Below are positions 17,279 through 25,732 of a stretch of DNA of 64,000 nucleotides, piece after piece; position 1 is the stretch's first letter; every line of letters starts with the position of its first letter. Source of the stretch: a virus (Duplodnaviria > Heunggongvirae > Uroviricota > Caudoviricetes); IMG/VR virus record IMGVR_UViG_3300031911_000001, positions 101,881 to 165,880 of that record. One strand, 5' to 3'. A program made the position numbers and the translations under genes. Under the pieces are notes generated by a model, which was not told the origin of the DNA, made no database searches, and saw nothing but the letters and a program-made list of their open reading frames with translations.

Positions 17279-17638
17279 TCAATACTCGGCAGGTGCCTTG
17301 AGGTTCTCGTCGTAATCCAAGATGAAGGGTTCCTTCTCGATCAGGCCAAGCATGAACTTGAGGCTGTCGGCATCGTACCGGGCACGGTCGTAGTATTCCG
17401 AGCGATGGACTTGGAAGCCCTTCTCGAACAGATCGAATCCGGTGGCATCTGCAGGATGGAGGACGACGGTCCAGTTCCGTTTGCCGTTGCTTTCCGGCAT
17501 GGAGTCGAACCACACGGCCAAGGGCTGTTGCCCTGTGACCTTGATTGCCAAGAGGGTCTCGTCGCCGCGCTCCTGCCGGAACACGACTTTGGCCTGACGC
17601 TTGTCGCCTTCTGGCAGTTCAAGAACAATGGTTTTCAT
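17279..17638 (-). CDS. Hypothetical protein
   Basis: Start MKTIVLELP couples to the macrodomain gene stop (ATGA-type overlap). Confidence 0.6.
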   Translation of the reverse strand: MKTIVLELPEGDKRQAKVVFRQERGDETLLAIKVTGQQPLAVWFDSMPESNGKRNWTVVLHPADATGFDLFEKGFQVHRSEYYDRARYDADSLKFMLGLIEKEPFILDYDENLKAPAEY

Positions 17639-18120
17639 GGTTGGTATTCGACGAGAGTGATGTTGATGTCCGGGGTCGCCTTGTTGATAAGGCGGGAGAT
17701 GTGTTGCCAGTTGCCTCCGGCAATCCCTGCACCGATCATCGGGATGCCGATGTGCGGCGTCTCGGACCAACCCTCGATCTTCTCGGCCAGTTCCTTCAGG
17801 TCATCGTTCAGTTCCTGGAAGGCTGCCTCGATGTTCTTGTTCAGCTTGACCGAGTCCTCGCGGCCGGGTAGGAGCTGCGTGTACAGGTTGAAGATGATCC
17901 CGTGGGCCACTTCGGCCGCCGAGTACTGACCCGTGACGTTGGCACCGGCGATGTGGTGTTTGATGTCGGCTTCGAGTGCTTCGGGGAACTCGGACGAGAC
18001 ACCGGCTGCAATACCGGCCCCCATCGTATGGCAGCAGTTGCAGCCGTGGGCGATTCCATCGAACCTGCCCTCTTTGAACATCGAAAGCAGGTTACCTTTG
18101 ACCGTTTGACGAATTGGCAT
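17635..18120 (-). CDS. Macrodomain protein (ADP-ribose binding/hydrolase; T4 Tk.4-like)
   Basis: KGNLL, IAHGCNC...MGAGIA, IFNLYTQ, IGIPMIGAGIAGGNW. Confidence 0.9.
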   Translation of the reverse strand: MPIRQTVKGNLLSMFKEGRFDGIAHGCNCCHTMGAGIAAGVSSEFPEALEADIKHHIAGANVTGQYSAAEVAHGIIFNLYTQLLPGREDSVKLNKNIEAAFQELNDDLKELAEKIEGWSETPHIGIPMIGAGIAGGNWQHISRLINKATPDINITLVEYQP

Positions 18121-18352
18121 CTTTACTCTCCAGTGTTGACGGCGACATGCAGTCAGGTTGTTGACGTCCACAGTATAACTGTGTTGCGATGGCTTTCAAC
18201 CTCTTTTCGTCGACGGTCGTAATTGTTTTGTACGCAAAGACGCCTGCGGTGATCCAGATACCAAGAATCAGGACGATCGTACCGACGAACATGCACCAGA
18301 AGATTCTGGTGAAGAGACGCATCTGCTTGTGGTGTTGCTCCAGCGATTTCAT
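18092..18352 (-). CDS. Small membrane protein
   Basis: One hydrophobic helix (IFWCMFVGTIVLILGIWITAGVFAY); start coupled to the upstream stop. Confidence 0.5.
   Translation of the reverse strand: MKSLEQHHKQMRLFTRIFWCMFVGTIVLILGIWITAGVFAYKTITTVDEKRLKAIATQLYCGRQQPDCMSPSTLESKDANSSNGQR
18172..18199 (-). promoter_or_regulatory. sigma70-like promoter for macrodomain gene
   Basis: TTGAAA-16-TATACT. Confidence 0.6.
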
Positions 18353-18924
18353 AGGATTGTCTTTCCGTGGTGTGGTTGCGTTGGCTTGTTGATGAGCAGG
18401 GCATGGATTTCCTTCCATGTGTAAGGGGTCATCCCGGGCCGGGTGTCGATGCCGACGTCCATGCTCCGGAACGGCTGGTTCGGCAGATCGCCATGCACAT
18501 GACCAAACAGGTGGAAGGAGCCACGCTGTGCGTTACGCCATTCCTGAATCGGGTAGTGGAACAGGTAGACGTTGATCCCGTCGATCTGAATCTCCTTGTA
18601 GTCCTGCACGCTCTCGAAGTACGGAGTGAACAAGTCCTTCCACTTCTTGATGAACTGGCAGTGATTGCCGGTGATCAGGTGGATCTTCCCCTTGAGCCTC
18701 TCGAGAATGGCGACGATCTTGTCGGGATCACGATGGAAGGTGAAGTCGCCAAGACAGTAGACGGTGCTCGTGTCCTTGATGACGGCATTCCACCGCTCGA
18801 TCATGATCTCATCCATCTCATCTGTGTTGGAGCCCTCTCGGGTCTTGGGACAGAAGTTGAGGATGCCCTTGTGCCCGAAGTGGTTGTCGGACGTGAAGAA
18901 GATGTTTTCTGCGAGTGTTGTCAT
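18349..18924 (-). CDS. Calcineurin-like metallophosphoesterase
   Basis: SDNHFGH, LGDF, GNH, FHYP, LFGHVH. Confidence 0.9.
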   Translation of the reverse strand: MTTLAENIFFTSDNHFGHKGILNFCPKTREGSNTDEMDEIMIERWNAVIKDTSTVYCLGDFTFHRDPDKIVAILERLKGKIHLITGNHCQFIKKWKDLFTPYFESVQDYKEIQIDGINVYLFHYPIQEWRNAQRGSFHLFGHVHGDLPNQPFRSMDVGIDTRPGMTPYTWKEIHALLINKPTQPHHGKTIL

Positions 18925-19901
18925 TGTGTGATCATCCGATTTTCAAACCAATTGCGGACGAAGTGTACACGAGCCTGCTCGTCCATTGCCATGAATCCAT
19001 CAACATTTTGGCGCAGGTGCTCGATCAGGTCGTAGTATTCTTCTTCAACCTTGACGTGACCAAGGTCTTTCCAGTCTGGCTTTGTGAGCAAGTCCTGGAG
19101 CTTGGCCTCCGTCTTCCGGGCAAAGAACTTGGTGATCAGGTACTGAGGCGACTTGATCTTGAGGGCCTTATTGTCCCATCCGTAACGTTGCGTGTAGACG
19201 ACATACCCCTCATGGTCCGCGACCCGGGCCTTCTCGACTACTTCTTTGAACTTACCGATTTCACAAGGCACGTGGAAGACACCAAGTTTACGACACATGT
19301 CACTCGGAAGCTCTGGGAAGAACATCGAGTTGAGGTCTTGCTTGTTCCATCCGTCTGGACGCAGGTGAAGAGCTAGACCGTAGGCACCAAACTCTTCTTT
19401 GATGATGTGAGGATCGGCCGGGTGGCAAATCTCAAACAGCATCGTCATGTGGCCCATGCCGGTGCCACCTACGTTCTTTAGGTACTCGACCCACTGTGGA
19501 CCAGCTTTGTTCTTGTAAAGCATATCGGCTGCCAACTTGACATAGTCAGAGTCGGTGGAGCCTGTCGTTGAAACTATCAGATCATCACGTCCGGGGATGT
19601 AGGTCACTGCGGCCATGAAGCCGTTGACCTTGCGATAGTAGAGAACGTCCTCTTCAAGGTCGTAGTCGGTGCCTCGTTCGAACCTGTTGTAGATTTTCTT
19701 GAACGGTTGAACCACTAGATTCCAATTGGCGTCGACGATCAGGCCACGACACCATTCCAGCTCAGGCGTCCACAGATTGTTGAAGAACACCTTCCGGTGA
19801 TACTTGAGGACGAACAGTCCCGGATGTGTGGTCGATTCCTTGCGGTATATCAGGCCGGGATTGGCTTCCATGAAAGCCTTGATGTCGAGTGTTGTGATCA
19901 T
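18921..19901 (-). CDS. RNA ligase 1-like (RnlA family)
   Basis: LKY...ECRG-like WCRGL, PFKKIYN, KVNG adenylation motif, FEI, EGYVV, KIKS. Confidence 0.85.
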   Translation of the reverse strand: MITTLDIKAFMEANPGLIYRKESTTHPGLFVLKYHRKVFFNNLWTPELEWCRGLIVDANWNLVVQPFKKIYNRFERGTDYDLEEDVLYYRKVNGFMAAVTYIPGRDDLIVSTTGSTDSDYVKLAADMLYKNKAGPQWVEYLKNVGGTGMGHMTMLFEICHPADPHIIKEEFGAYGLALHLRPDGWNKQDLNSMFFPELPSDMCRKLGVFHVPCEIGKFKEVVEKARVADHEGYVVYTQRYGWDNKALKIKSPQYLITKFFARKTEAKLQDLLTKPDWKDLGHVKVEEEYYDLIEHLRQNVDGFMAMDEQARVHFVRNWFENRMITQ

Positions 19902-20356
19902 TTATGAAAGATGTATGTGATGGTTTCAACGGGGGCAATGCGTTCAGCGTAGAACTCAAGAAATTGCTCAGAGCTCATACGTCGTTCCTTCATCATCGTC
20001 AATTTGTACTCCGGAACATCATGGATACTACCATAATCGCCGGTACATTCGATGACAATCAGTTCGACGTCAAAGTCTTTGGCAAGCTGGCAGTACACCT
20101 TCATGTCACGCCAGAACAGGTTAGTGTCAGAGACCACGACGTTGAAGCCATGTGCAAGTGCGCTCTCGGTGCTGGAGAAACATTTCCCGTGGGCAGCAGA
20201 CAGCTTCTCGCCTTCCCACTTGTACTCACCGTTCTCGTACAGGAACTGGTCGGCCTCAAAGTGGTAGTGGAACTTGCCTTCCTCGACAAGCGAACGTGCA
20301 AGGGTGGACTTGCCAGACCCAGGCAAGCCTCGGATCAAGCAGAGGGCGTTCCTCAT
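19898..20356 (-). CDS. P-loop polynucleotide kinase-like protein (AAA_33)
   Basis: RGLPGSGKST, EADQF, VVVSDTN; ATG 20356 overlaps the upstream TGA. Confidence 0.8.
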   Translation of the reverse strand: MRNALCLIRGLPGSGKSTLARSLVEEGKFHYHFEADQFLYENGEYKWEGEKLSAAHGKCFSSTESALAHGFNVVVSDTNLFWRDMKVYCQLAKDFDVELIVIECTGDYGSIHDVPEYKLTMMKERRMSSEQFLEFYAERIAPVETITYIFHK

Positions 20357-20646
20357 TTGTTTTTCCAAGCGTTCAAGAATTGATGGTAGATGACGTCTTC
20401 GACGTATGCGAATTTGCTTGGCCTAATTCCGGACGCATCCATCACGGTGGCGAAGCGAATAGTCTCACCGGCATTCTCAACCATGTCCCGTGGCTGATCC
20501 CACCAGTAGAAGCAATTGTTGTCTTGAAAGGCGAGTCGCCAATGCAAGGCGACCTTCCACTCACCTTCCATGGTCGGCGGATAGATCATTTGGACCGAAT
20601 CAAGATCAATCCAAGGACCGCCGGGGCAAAGCTGATATGCTCTCAT
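20353..20646 (-). CDS. Hypothetical protein
   Basis: First ORF after a promoter-like site; coupled to the kinase gene. Confidence 0.55.
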   Translation of the reverse strand: MRAYQLCPGGPWIDLDSVQMIYPPTMEGEWKVALHWRLAFQDNNCFYWWDQPRDMVENAGETIRFATVMDASGIRPSKFAYVEDVIYHQFLNAWKNK

Positions 20647-20673
20647 GATGTGTCAATAGTTCAAGTAGTCACA

Positions 20674-20695
20674 AATATACCCGGCAACCCTTCAC
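20674..20695 (-). promoter_or_regulatory. Short-spacer promoter variant (GTGAAG-10-TATATT)
   Basis: Motif variant inside the inverted repeat 20677-20710. Confidence 0.4.
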
Positions 20696-20716
20696 AGGAC
20701 GGCCGGGTATCTGGGT

Positions 20717-21604
20717 TTACTTCTTGGCGTTGATCTCGCCGCTCAGGACTCGCAGTTCAATGTCTGCACGATACTGGATCCATTCACGGAAGTTCGCAAA
20801 CTTTGTGTCCGGGTCACCACTGGGCCATGCTTGATGTTCTGCAGGACTGGCGTGGATCGGCACCGATGAGACCAGAGCATCATGCAATGCAATGTCCTTC
20901 TCGACGTCGGGTGCCTTCTTGTCGTGGGTCAGGTAAGACACACGGGCGCAACGGGCAACCGAGATGGCGATGAGCTTTTCGAGTTGAAGCTCTTCCAGCT
21001 CGGCGTCAGTCACATAAGGCAGGTGCCAGCCAGAGGTCGGACGCGGAACGCTCACGAGGTAGGACATGCGCATCATGCGGGCCAGTTCCTGGAACTCTGG
21101 TTGAGCATCAGGGTGGCAACGCAAGGTGAAGAAGTTCTCGAACTCCGTAGCACTGACGATGGTGTGCATGTGTTGCCAGGGCTCGAGGATTCGGTTGGCA
21201 ACCTGCTTGTGGAGGCCTACCTTGGTCATACCCCATGCGACGACGCAAGCCACCTTAGCGGCCGTTCTCCATAGGCTCTTGGCAGCCCTCGCCTTGCGGC
21301 CTTCGAGTTCCTGACGTGCCTTCATGCCGGGTTGGTTGGCACCCCAGTGAACCGGCATCGCAGGGTTGTGCCAGACCTGTGCAATCATCTTCTGGACCGG
21401 GATGGCTCGGCTCGAAGATGCATTGCGGCTGAAGTCCCGGTGCGTCATCAGTTCACCGTGGATGAACCGTGGGTACTTGAGTTGGAACGTCGTTAGTCGG
21501 GTGCCGGCTCCACTGATGCTGTCGGCGATGATCTTGACTTCAAAGTTCGGACTCTTTTCATAGTTGGCGAACCAGTTCCAGGTATCCTTGATATATTTGA
21601 TCAT
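20717..21604 (-). CDS. thyX: Flavin-dependent thymidylate synthase
   Basis: ELMTHRDFSRNASSSRAIP, NRILEP, LRCHPDAQPEFQ, ARCARVSY, HASPAEHQA. Confidence 0.93.
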   Translation of the reverse strand: MIKYIKDTWNWFANYEKSPNFEVKIIADSISGAGTRLTTFQLKYPRFIHGELMTHRDFSRNASSSRAIPVQKMIAQVWHNPAMPVHWGANQPGMKARQELEGRKARAAKSLWRTAAKVACVVAWGMTKVGLHKQVANRILEPWQHMHTIVSATEFENFFTLRCHPDAQPEFQELARMMRMSYLVSVPRPTSGWHLPYVTDAELEELQLEKLIAISVARCARVSYLTHDKKAPDVEKDIALHDALVSSVPIHASPAEHQAWPSGDPDTKFANFREWIQYRADIELRVLSGEINAKK

Positions 21605-22074
21605 TTGTTGAATTCCTCTTTGGCCTTACGGCCCAATGCGTACTTTGATTTGAATGTCCACGAGGCCTTTTCGCCATGCTTGACGATACGGATGTTCGCC
21701 AACGAGCAGACCGGCTCATTGATCTGCTCTGGACTGATGACCTTGATCAGACCCCACTCTTCGAGCAGCGCAATGATCTTGTTCTGTCGAGCCACGTCCC
21801 CATTGGTCAACGTGTTCTCTTTCCCATCAAGAATAAATAGATTCTTGAAATGGCAGATGTAGAACAGGCCACGCTTCTGCAGGATGTGGCAGGTCTGGTA
21901 CAAGACGTTCTCTTGCTGTCGTGAGCTGATTCCAATACGGGTCAGGGTCTCACGTACCTTCAAGAATGTGTCTTGCTCAGTACCGATCAACTTCACTTCC
22001 ACCAAGTACGGAATGATCTCGTTCTTGGACAACTTTGAGCCGACCAACTCAATTGCTTTTCTTGCTTCTGCCAT
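21601..22074 (-). CDS. regA: Translational repressor RegA
   Basis: FLKVRETLTRIGI, LYQTCHILQKRG..YICHFKNLFILDG. Confidence 0.97.
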   Translation of the reverse strand: MAEARKAIELVGSKLSKNEIIPYLVEVKLIGTEQDTFLKVRETLTRIGISSRQQENVLYQTCHILQKRGLFYICHFKNLFILDGKENTLTNGDVARQNKIIALLEEWGLIKVISPEQINEPVCSLANIRIVKHGEKASWTFKSKYALGRKAKEEFNK

Positions 22075-22462
22075 TTTTCACACCGCCTATATCTTGCTTC
22101 AAACGAATTTCTTTCAACTGCTCTTTTGAGAGGATTCTCAAGGCTGACAGGGCCTTCTCGGTCGAAATCTGAAAGTGCTCTTTGACCAACTCAAGGTCTT
22201 CGAGCTTATCATCCGTCTTTTTGACCCATTTACCGTATCGCTTCTTTTTCTTTACAGAGTTCAGAAGGAAGGCATAGTGCATACGACCTTTGATACCCGG
22301 TCGTTTGTTTAGCTCAGCCGCAAACATCACAGTGTCGATGTTTTGTGATAGTCCACGGTTGATGGCGAATTCAGGGTATTCCTTCGCCGTCACATTGGGA
22401 TCGGGCATCAAATCCACCCCCGTCGAGAGGATGGATTCAACCCATTGGATCATGTCAGGCAC
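22049..22462 (-). CDS. gp62: Clamp loader small subunit
   Basis: Y..F.INRGLSQ..DT...A.E.N; LLNSVKKKKRYGKW; lies between gp44 and regA. Confidence 0.92.
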   Translation of the reverse strand: MPDMIQWVESILSTGVDLMPDPNVTAKEYPEFAINRGLSQNIDTVMFAAELNKRPGIKGRMHYAFLLNSVKKKKRYGKWVKKTDDKLEDLELVKEHFQISTEKALSALRILSKEQLKEIRLKQDIGGVKNGRSKKSN

Positions 22463-23411
22463 TGAACTGCACCCTCATCATGATGTGCGTACACATCGCC
22501 AAGAAGTGGATGAAGCGGTCAGGCACTTCTCGGTGCTTCGTCTGCCATTCGTCCAGGATCATCACCAGTTCTGGGACCGATGGCTTCTCGCACAACGGCT
22601 CAGCCTTGAGGAAGAGCTTCTGGTAGAACTCATCCGTCAATCGGTCTTGGTTGTCGAAGCACCACTGCTTGACCTGATCGAATCGCTTCTCTTTCATCGA
22701 GCCGATCACGGCGTCAAGGCTCGCCGATGCCATCTGGGCCAAGATGCCCTCGTCGATGATCCGGTGAGCGACAGCGTACTCCTGGAGCTTCTCGATCAGG
22801 CCACGGTTGTCCGGTTGATACTTCTTGACCATCTGGGCGATCACAGGCTTGCTGTAATTGATGCCTTGGTCATCGAGAATCTCACATGCTCGCTTGAACA
22901 TCTGGGCGCCGATCATCTTCAACTCATCCTGTGAGAATGCGTATTCGATGTTCGTACAACGGGATTGGAGCGGGTCTGTGATCCGGCTCTTCGTATTGGC
23001 TGTCAGAATGAACCGGCAGTTCTTTGATACCGTCTCGATCAATCCCTTCAACGAGTCCTGAGCGGCTGGGGTCAGTCGGTCGGCTTCGTCGAGAATAACG
23101 ATCTTGATCCCAGTTCCCAACAGGCTCACGGTGGTGGCGTATTGGAGAACGTTGGATCGAATTTCGTCAATCGAATTGTTCAGAGAGGCATTGATGAACA
23201 GGGGACGAATTCCAAGCTCATTGCAAAGGGCAAAGGCCGTGGTTGTCTTTCCTGTTCCGGGGGAGGCACTTGTTAGGAGCAGGTTTTGAATCTGTCCATC
23301 ACGCACATATCCTTTGAAACGATCCTTGATCGACGCCGGAATGATGACGTCATCAAGTTTGCTTGGTCGGTACATTTGCGACCAAAGGTATTCACCAACA
23401 TTTTTTTCCAT
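22455..23411 (-). CDS. gp44: Clamp loader AAA+ subunit
   Basis: LWSQMYRP, SPGTGKTT, ILDEAD, NCRFILTAN, LQSRC; ATG 23411 chosen from RBS spacing. Confidence 0.96.
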   Translation of the reverse strand: MEKNVGEYLWSQMYRPSKLDDVIIPASIKDRFKGYVRDGQIQNLLLTSASPGTGKTTTAFALCNELGIRPLFINASLNNSIDEIRSNVLQYATTVSLLGTGIKIVILDEADRLTPAAQDSLKGLIETVSKNCRFILTANTKSRITDPLQSRCTNIEYAFSQDELKMIGAQMFKRACEILDDQGINYSKPVIAQMVKKYQPDNRGLIEKLQEYAVAHRIIDEGILAQMASASLDAVIGSMKEKRFDQVKQWCFDNQDRLTDEFYQKLFLKAEPLCEKPSVPELVMILDEWQTKHREVPDRFIHFLAMCTHIMMRVQFSA

Positions 23412-23429
23412 CATGATCCTCAAAAACCA

Positions 23430-23450
23430 ATTATGGCAGGGCTATTTCAA
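23430..23450 (-). promoter_or_regulatory. Short-spacer promoter (TTGAAA-9-CATAAT)
   Basis: Recurring motif upstream of gp44. Confidence 0.5.
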
Positions 23451-23573
23451 CCCGACCAAAAACAACTCTGCTTCCAATTGATCATTGAAGGGGCCGTAAA
23501 TGTCTTTTGAACAGACCCCTTCATCAATCGATATCCAATGTGACATCTTGTTGATGTCATACCGGATGTACAT
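23442..23573 (-). CDS. Small hypothetical protein (43 aa, below track cutoff)
   Basis: MYIRYDINKMSHWISIDEGVCSKDIYGPFNDQLEAELFLVGLK starts 1 nt after the gp45 stop. Confidence 0.45.
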   Translation of the reverse strand: MYIRYDINKMSHWISIDEGVCSKDIYGPFNDQLEAELFLVGLK

Positions 23574-23574
23574 G

Positions 23575-24267
23575 TCAGGCACGTTCGAGGCCGAGGTAGT
23601 AGGTGATCTTGCGGGTCGTGTGGCTCAGCTTCATGATGCCTTGCACGCACACCTCGAAGCGATAGTCGCCGGGGAGAATCTTCAGGTTCTCGACCTTCAG
23701 CTTGTAGTAGCCGTCAGCAGCGATTGCGCCATCGCCGTCCACTGCATCGCCCAGATCAACGACGTAATCGTTGGAGGTGTCGATTTCTGGGGTCGTGGCC
23801 ACGAGGCTTGCCTTACCGGCGTCCACACGGAAGGCCAGAATCTTGTGACCCAGTGCCGAGGCAGCCTTCTCGAAACCGTCGAGTGCTTCACCGGTGATGG
23901 TCACGGCGAGGTCAACGCTCGGCAGCTTCAGGGTCTTGTTCGGGTGGGTGGTGAAGCTCTGGTCGGTGAAGTAGTACTGCACACGGCTGCTTCCACCGTC
24001 GATGGTCACCTTCTTGTCGTCATCGAACACCAGAGCGGCGTCCTTCAGGGTCGGCAAGGTCAGTACGTTCAGGAACTTGCTCAGTTCGTAGATGCTGAAC
24101 TCTTGTGGGAAGGAGCTGTCGATCACGGCTTCCATCAGGATAGCTTGATCGGGGGACATGGTTTTGATTTCGTTGCCGGCAACAAACTTCAGGGAGTTGT
24201 TGATGGAGGCAACGTTACGGAGGACTTCAATCTCTTCCTTGGTCAAATTCACACGGGTAGCTGTCAT
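23575..24267 (-). CDS. gp45: Sliding clamp
   Basis: IEVLRNVASINNSL...FSIYELSKFLN...KVENLKILPGDY; T4 order gp45-44-62-regA. Confidence 0.95.
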   Translation of the reverse strand: MTATRVNLTKEEIEVLRNVASINNSLKFVAGNEIKTMSPDQAILMEAVIDSSFPQEFSIYELSKFLNVLTLPTLKDAALVFDDDKKVTIDGGSSRVQYYFTDQSFTTHPNKTLKLPSVDLAVTITGEALDGFEKAASALGHKILAFRVDAGKASLVATTPEIDTSNDYVVDLGDAVDGDGAIAADGYYKLKVENLKILPGDYRFEVCVQGIMKLSHTTRKITYYLGLERA

Positions 24268-24419
24268 AGATGTCTTTCTTCAATTCGGGAAATAAAAATG
24301 AACGGTCCCTTGCTGGGCACCGTTCATGTCACTTAGGTTGTTTTCAGTCACTTGCGCATTAGGGTTTCTCCGGTTGACTTTGTCTGCGAGGTGTTGCTTA
24401 ACGTACATGAGCCCCTAGT

Positions 24420-24794
24420 TTAAGGGGCCGGCTTATCAACGTCGGCGTCACTCTTTTGACCGAAAACCTTTTGAAGAACGAACTTATTGAGTGCTTCGAA
24501 GAACTGCTTTGAGAACAGAACTGCTACACCGCCAACGAGGCAGGTCCAGAAGAAGTCCCAGTTCATAGAGGCGGCCATCATGAGCGTGAACACAAAAGCC
24601 AGGAAGCCCGACAGAAATGTCTTCATGTATGCGAATACGTGTTCCTTGAAAGTGCGGTCAGCGTCGGCCTTAACGTCGTAGCTTTGGAAGTACGCCACTG
24701 TTGAAGCAATCAGTACCAATCCGAAGAAGAAGGCTGCTTGAATGAGCTCACTCGCGCTCGTAAAGAACTTGAGTAGTTTGATGTTTGTTTCCAT
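24420..24794 (-). CDS. Holin-like membrane protein
   Basis: About three hydrophobic helices, charged C-terminus. Confidence 0.5.
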   Translation of the reverse strand: METNIKLLKFFTSASELIQAAFFFGLVLIASTVAYFQSYDVKADADRTFKEHVFAYMKTFLSGFLAFVFTLMMAASMNWDFFWTCLVGGVAVLFSKQFFEALNKFVLQKVFGQKSDADVDKPAP

Positions 24795-24810
24795 TTTGTT
24801 CTCGCAACCC

Positions 24811-25245
24811 TTATGCTGTGTTGATCTTCCGATCTCCCCATCCCTCGTCTAGTACAGCAAGAACTACATTGATGATTGACAATGCGAAGAGCCCAAAGGC
24901 TAGTGCATTTTCATCGGTCGTACTCAGCAAGATGAACGCTGATGCTCCCCATGCAAGTGAATTTATGAACTGCGACGTAGACGTTACGTGGTATTTACCA
25001 AAGCTATTGATGCCTCTGGTCAGAATCCCGAGGATGCCACCAAAGGAACCAATCAGAATTGCGATCTGCCAGTGACTGTACGCTTTGACGTCAATCAATA
25101 GCTGTCGTAGCTTGTTGTCAGGGATCGTGAAGACGATCAGGAGCACCAGCAACTCAAAAGCAGCAAAAAACAGGAATGGAATACGCATTGCGTTGTGCCA
25201 TTGTAGACCTGAGTGCTCCTTCATGTATTTTTCTACGATTGTCAT
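24811..25245 (-). CDS. Multi-pass membrane protein (lysis-associated candidate)
   Basis: About four hydrophobic segments; TAAGTA at 25288-25293 upstream. Confidence 0.55.
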   Translation of the reverse strand: MTIVEKYMKEHSGLQWHNAMRIPFLFFAAFELLVLLIVFTIPDNKLRQLLIDVKAYSHWQIAILIGSFGGILGILTRGINSFGKYHVTSTSQFINSLAWGASAFILLSTTDENALAFGLFALSIINVVLAVLDEGWGDRKINTA

Positions 25246-25355
25246 GGGCAGTCTCGTTGATTACGTTGTAAGGGTTTTTATATGTCTTACTTACCCGGAA
25301 GCATTACAGGCTCTGGATAGTCATAGGTTTCCTACTTTCCATTCTCGTGGTATCA

Positions 25356-25672
25356 GTTTCTACAACAATTAATTGTAGAACGGAGGAACCTGAGATGACC
25401 CAAGATTGTCAAACCGGGTTCTCCCCGGTCATGTACTCGCTAACTCAAGCCTAACTGGGTCCTGTCCCATGCGGCTTCAGGCCATTTGAAGTAGTGATGT
25501 GCGGCCTGCCATTCGAAGACACCTCTTTATTTTCCGGACTGGTCTTCACGTTAATGGAGGACTCTTGGTTCATCACCGCCCTCCAGACGCTCGTCTGGTC
25601 CGTGTTGTTTCACCCATTGAAGGGTGCCACTGATCGCCCCTCTCGCAATCAGGATCAGCATAGGGGCACTTG
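25356..25672 (-). ncRNA. Candidate structured non-coding RNA (family unrecognised)
   Basis: No long ORF in ~480 bp; several hairpins by eye; promoter-like motif upstream and terminal hairpin at 25358-25380. Confidence 0.4.
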
Positions 25673-25678
25673 ACTATG

Positions 25679-25699
25679 AGTATATAGTGGAAAAGTCAA
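25679..25699 (-). promoter_or_regulatory. Short-spacer promoter (TTGACT-9-TATACT)
   Basis: Recurring motif pointing into the structured intergenic region. Confidence 0.5.
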
Positions 25700-25711
25700 A
25701 AGGGACGTGGA

Positions 25712-25717
25712 TAAGTA
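25712..25717 (+). promoter_or_regulatory. Late promoter variant TAAGTA
   Basis: 15 nt upstream of gp6. Confidence 0.5.
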
Positions 25718-25732
25718 TTCCGAGGACTTGAA

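Noticed and set aside
24298-24327. Hairpin ATGAACGGT/ACCGTTCAT upstream of gp45 as a terminator or ncRNA
   Set aside because: Isolated stem of unclear orientation and role; insufficient support for a call.
25356-25381. Hairpin resembling a Cas12a repeat stem (TTCTAC...TGTTGTAGA), a possible RNA anti-CRISPR
   Set aside because: Single copy with a 7-nt larger loop and no AAUU 5' handle or spacer context; better explained as a terminal hairpin.
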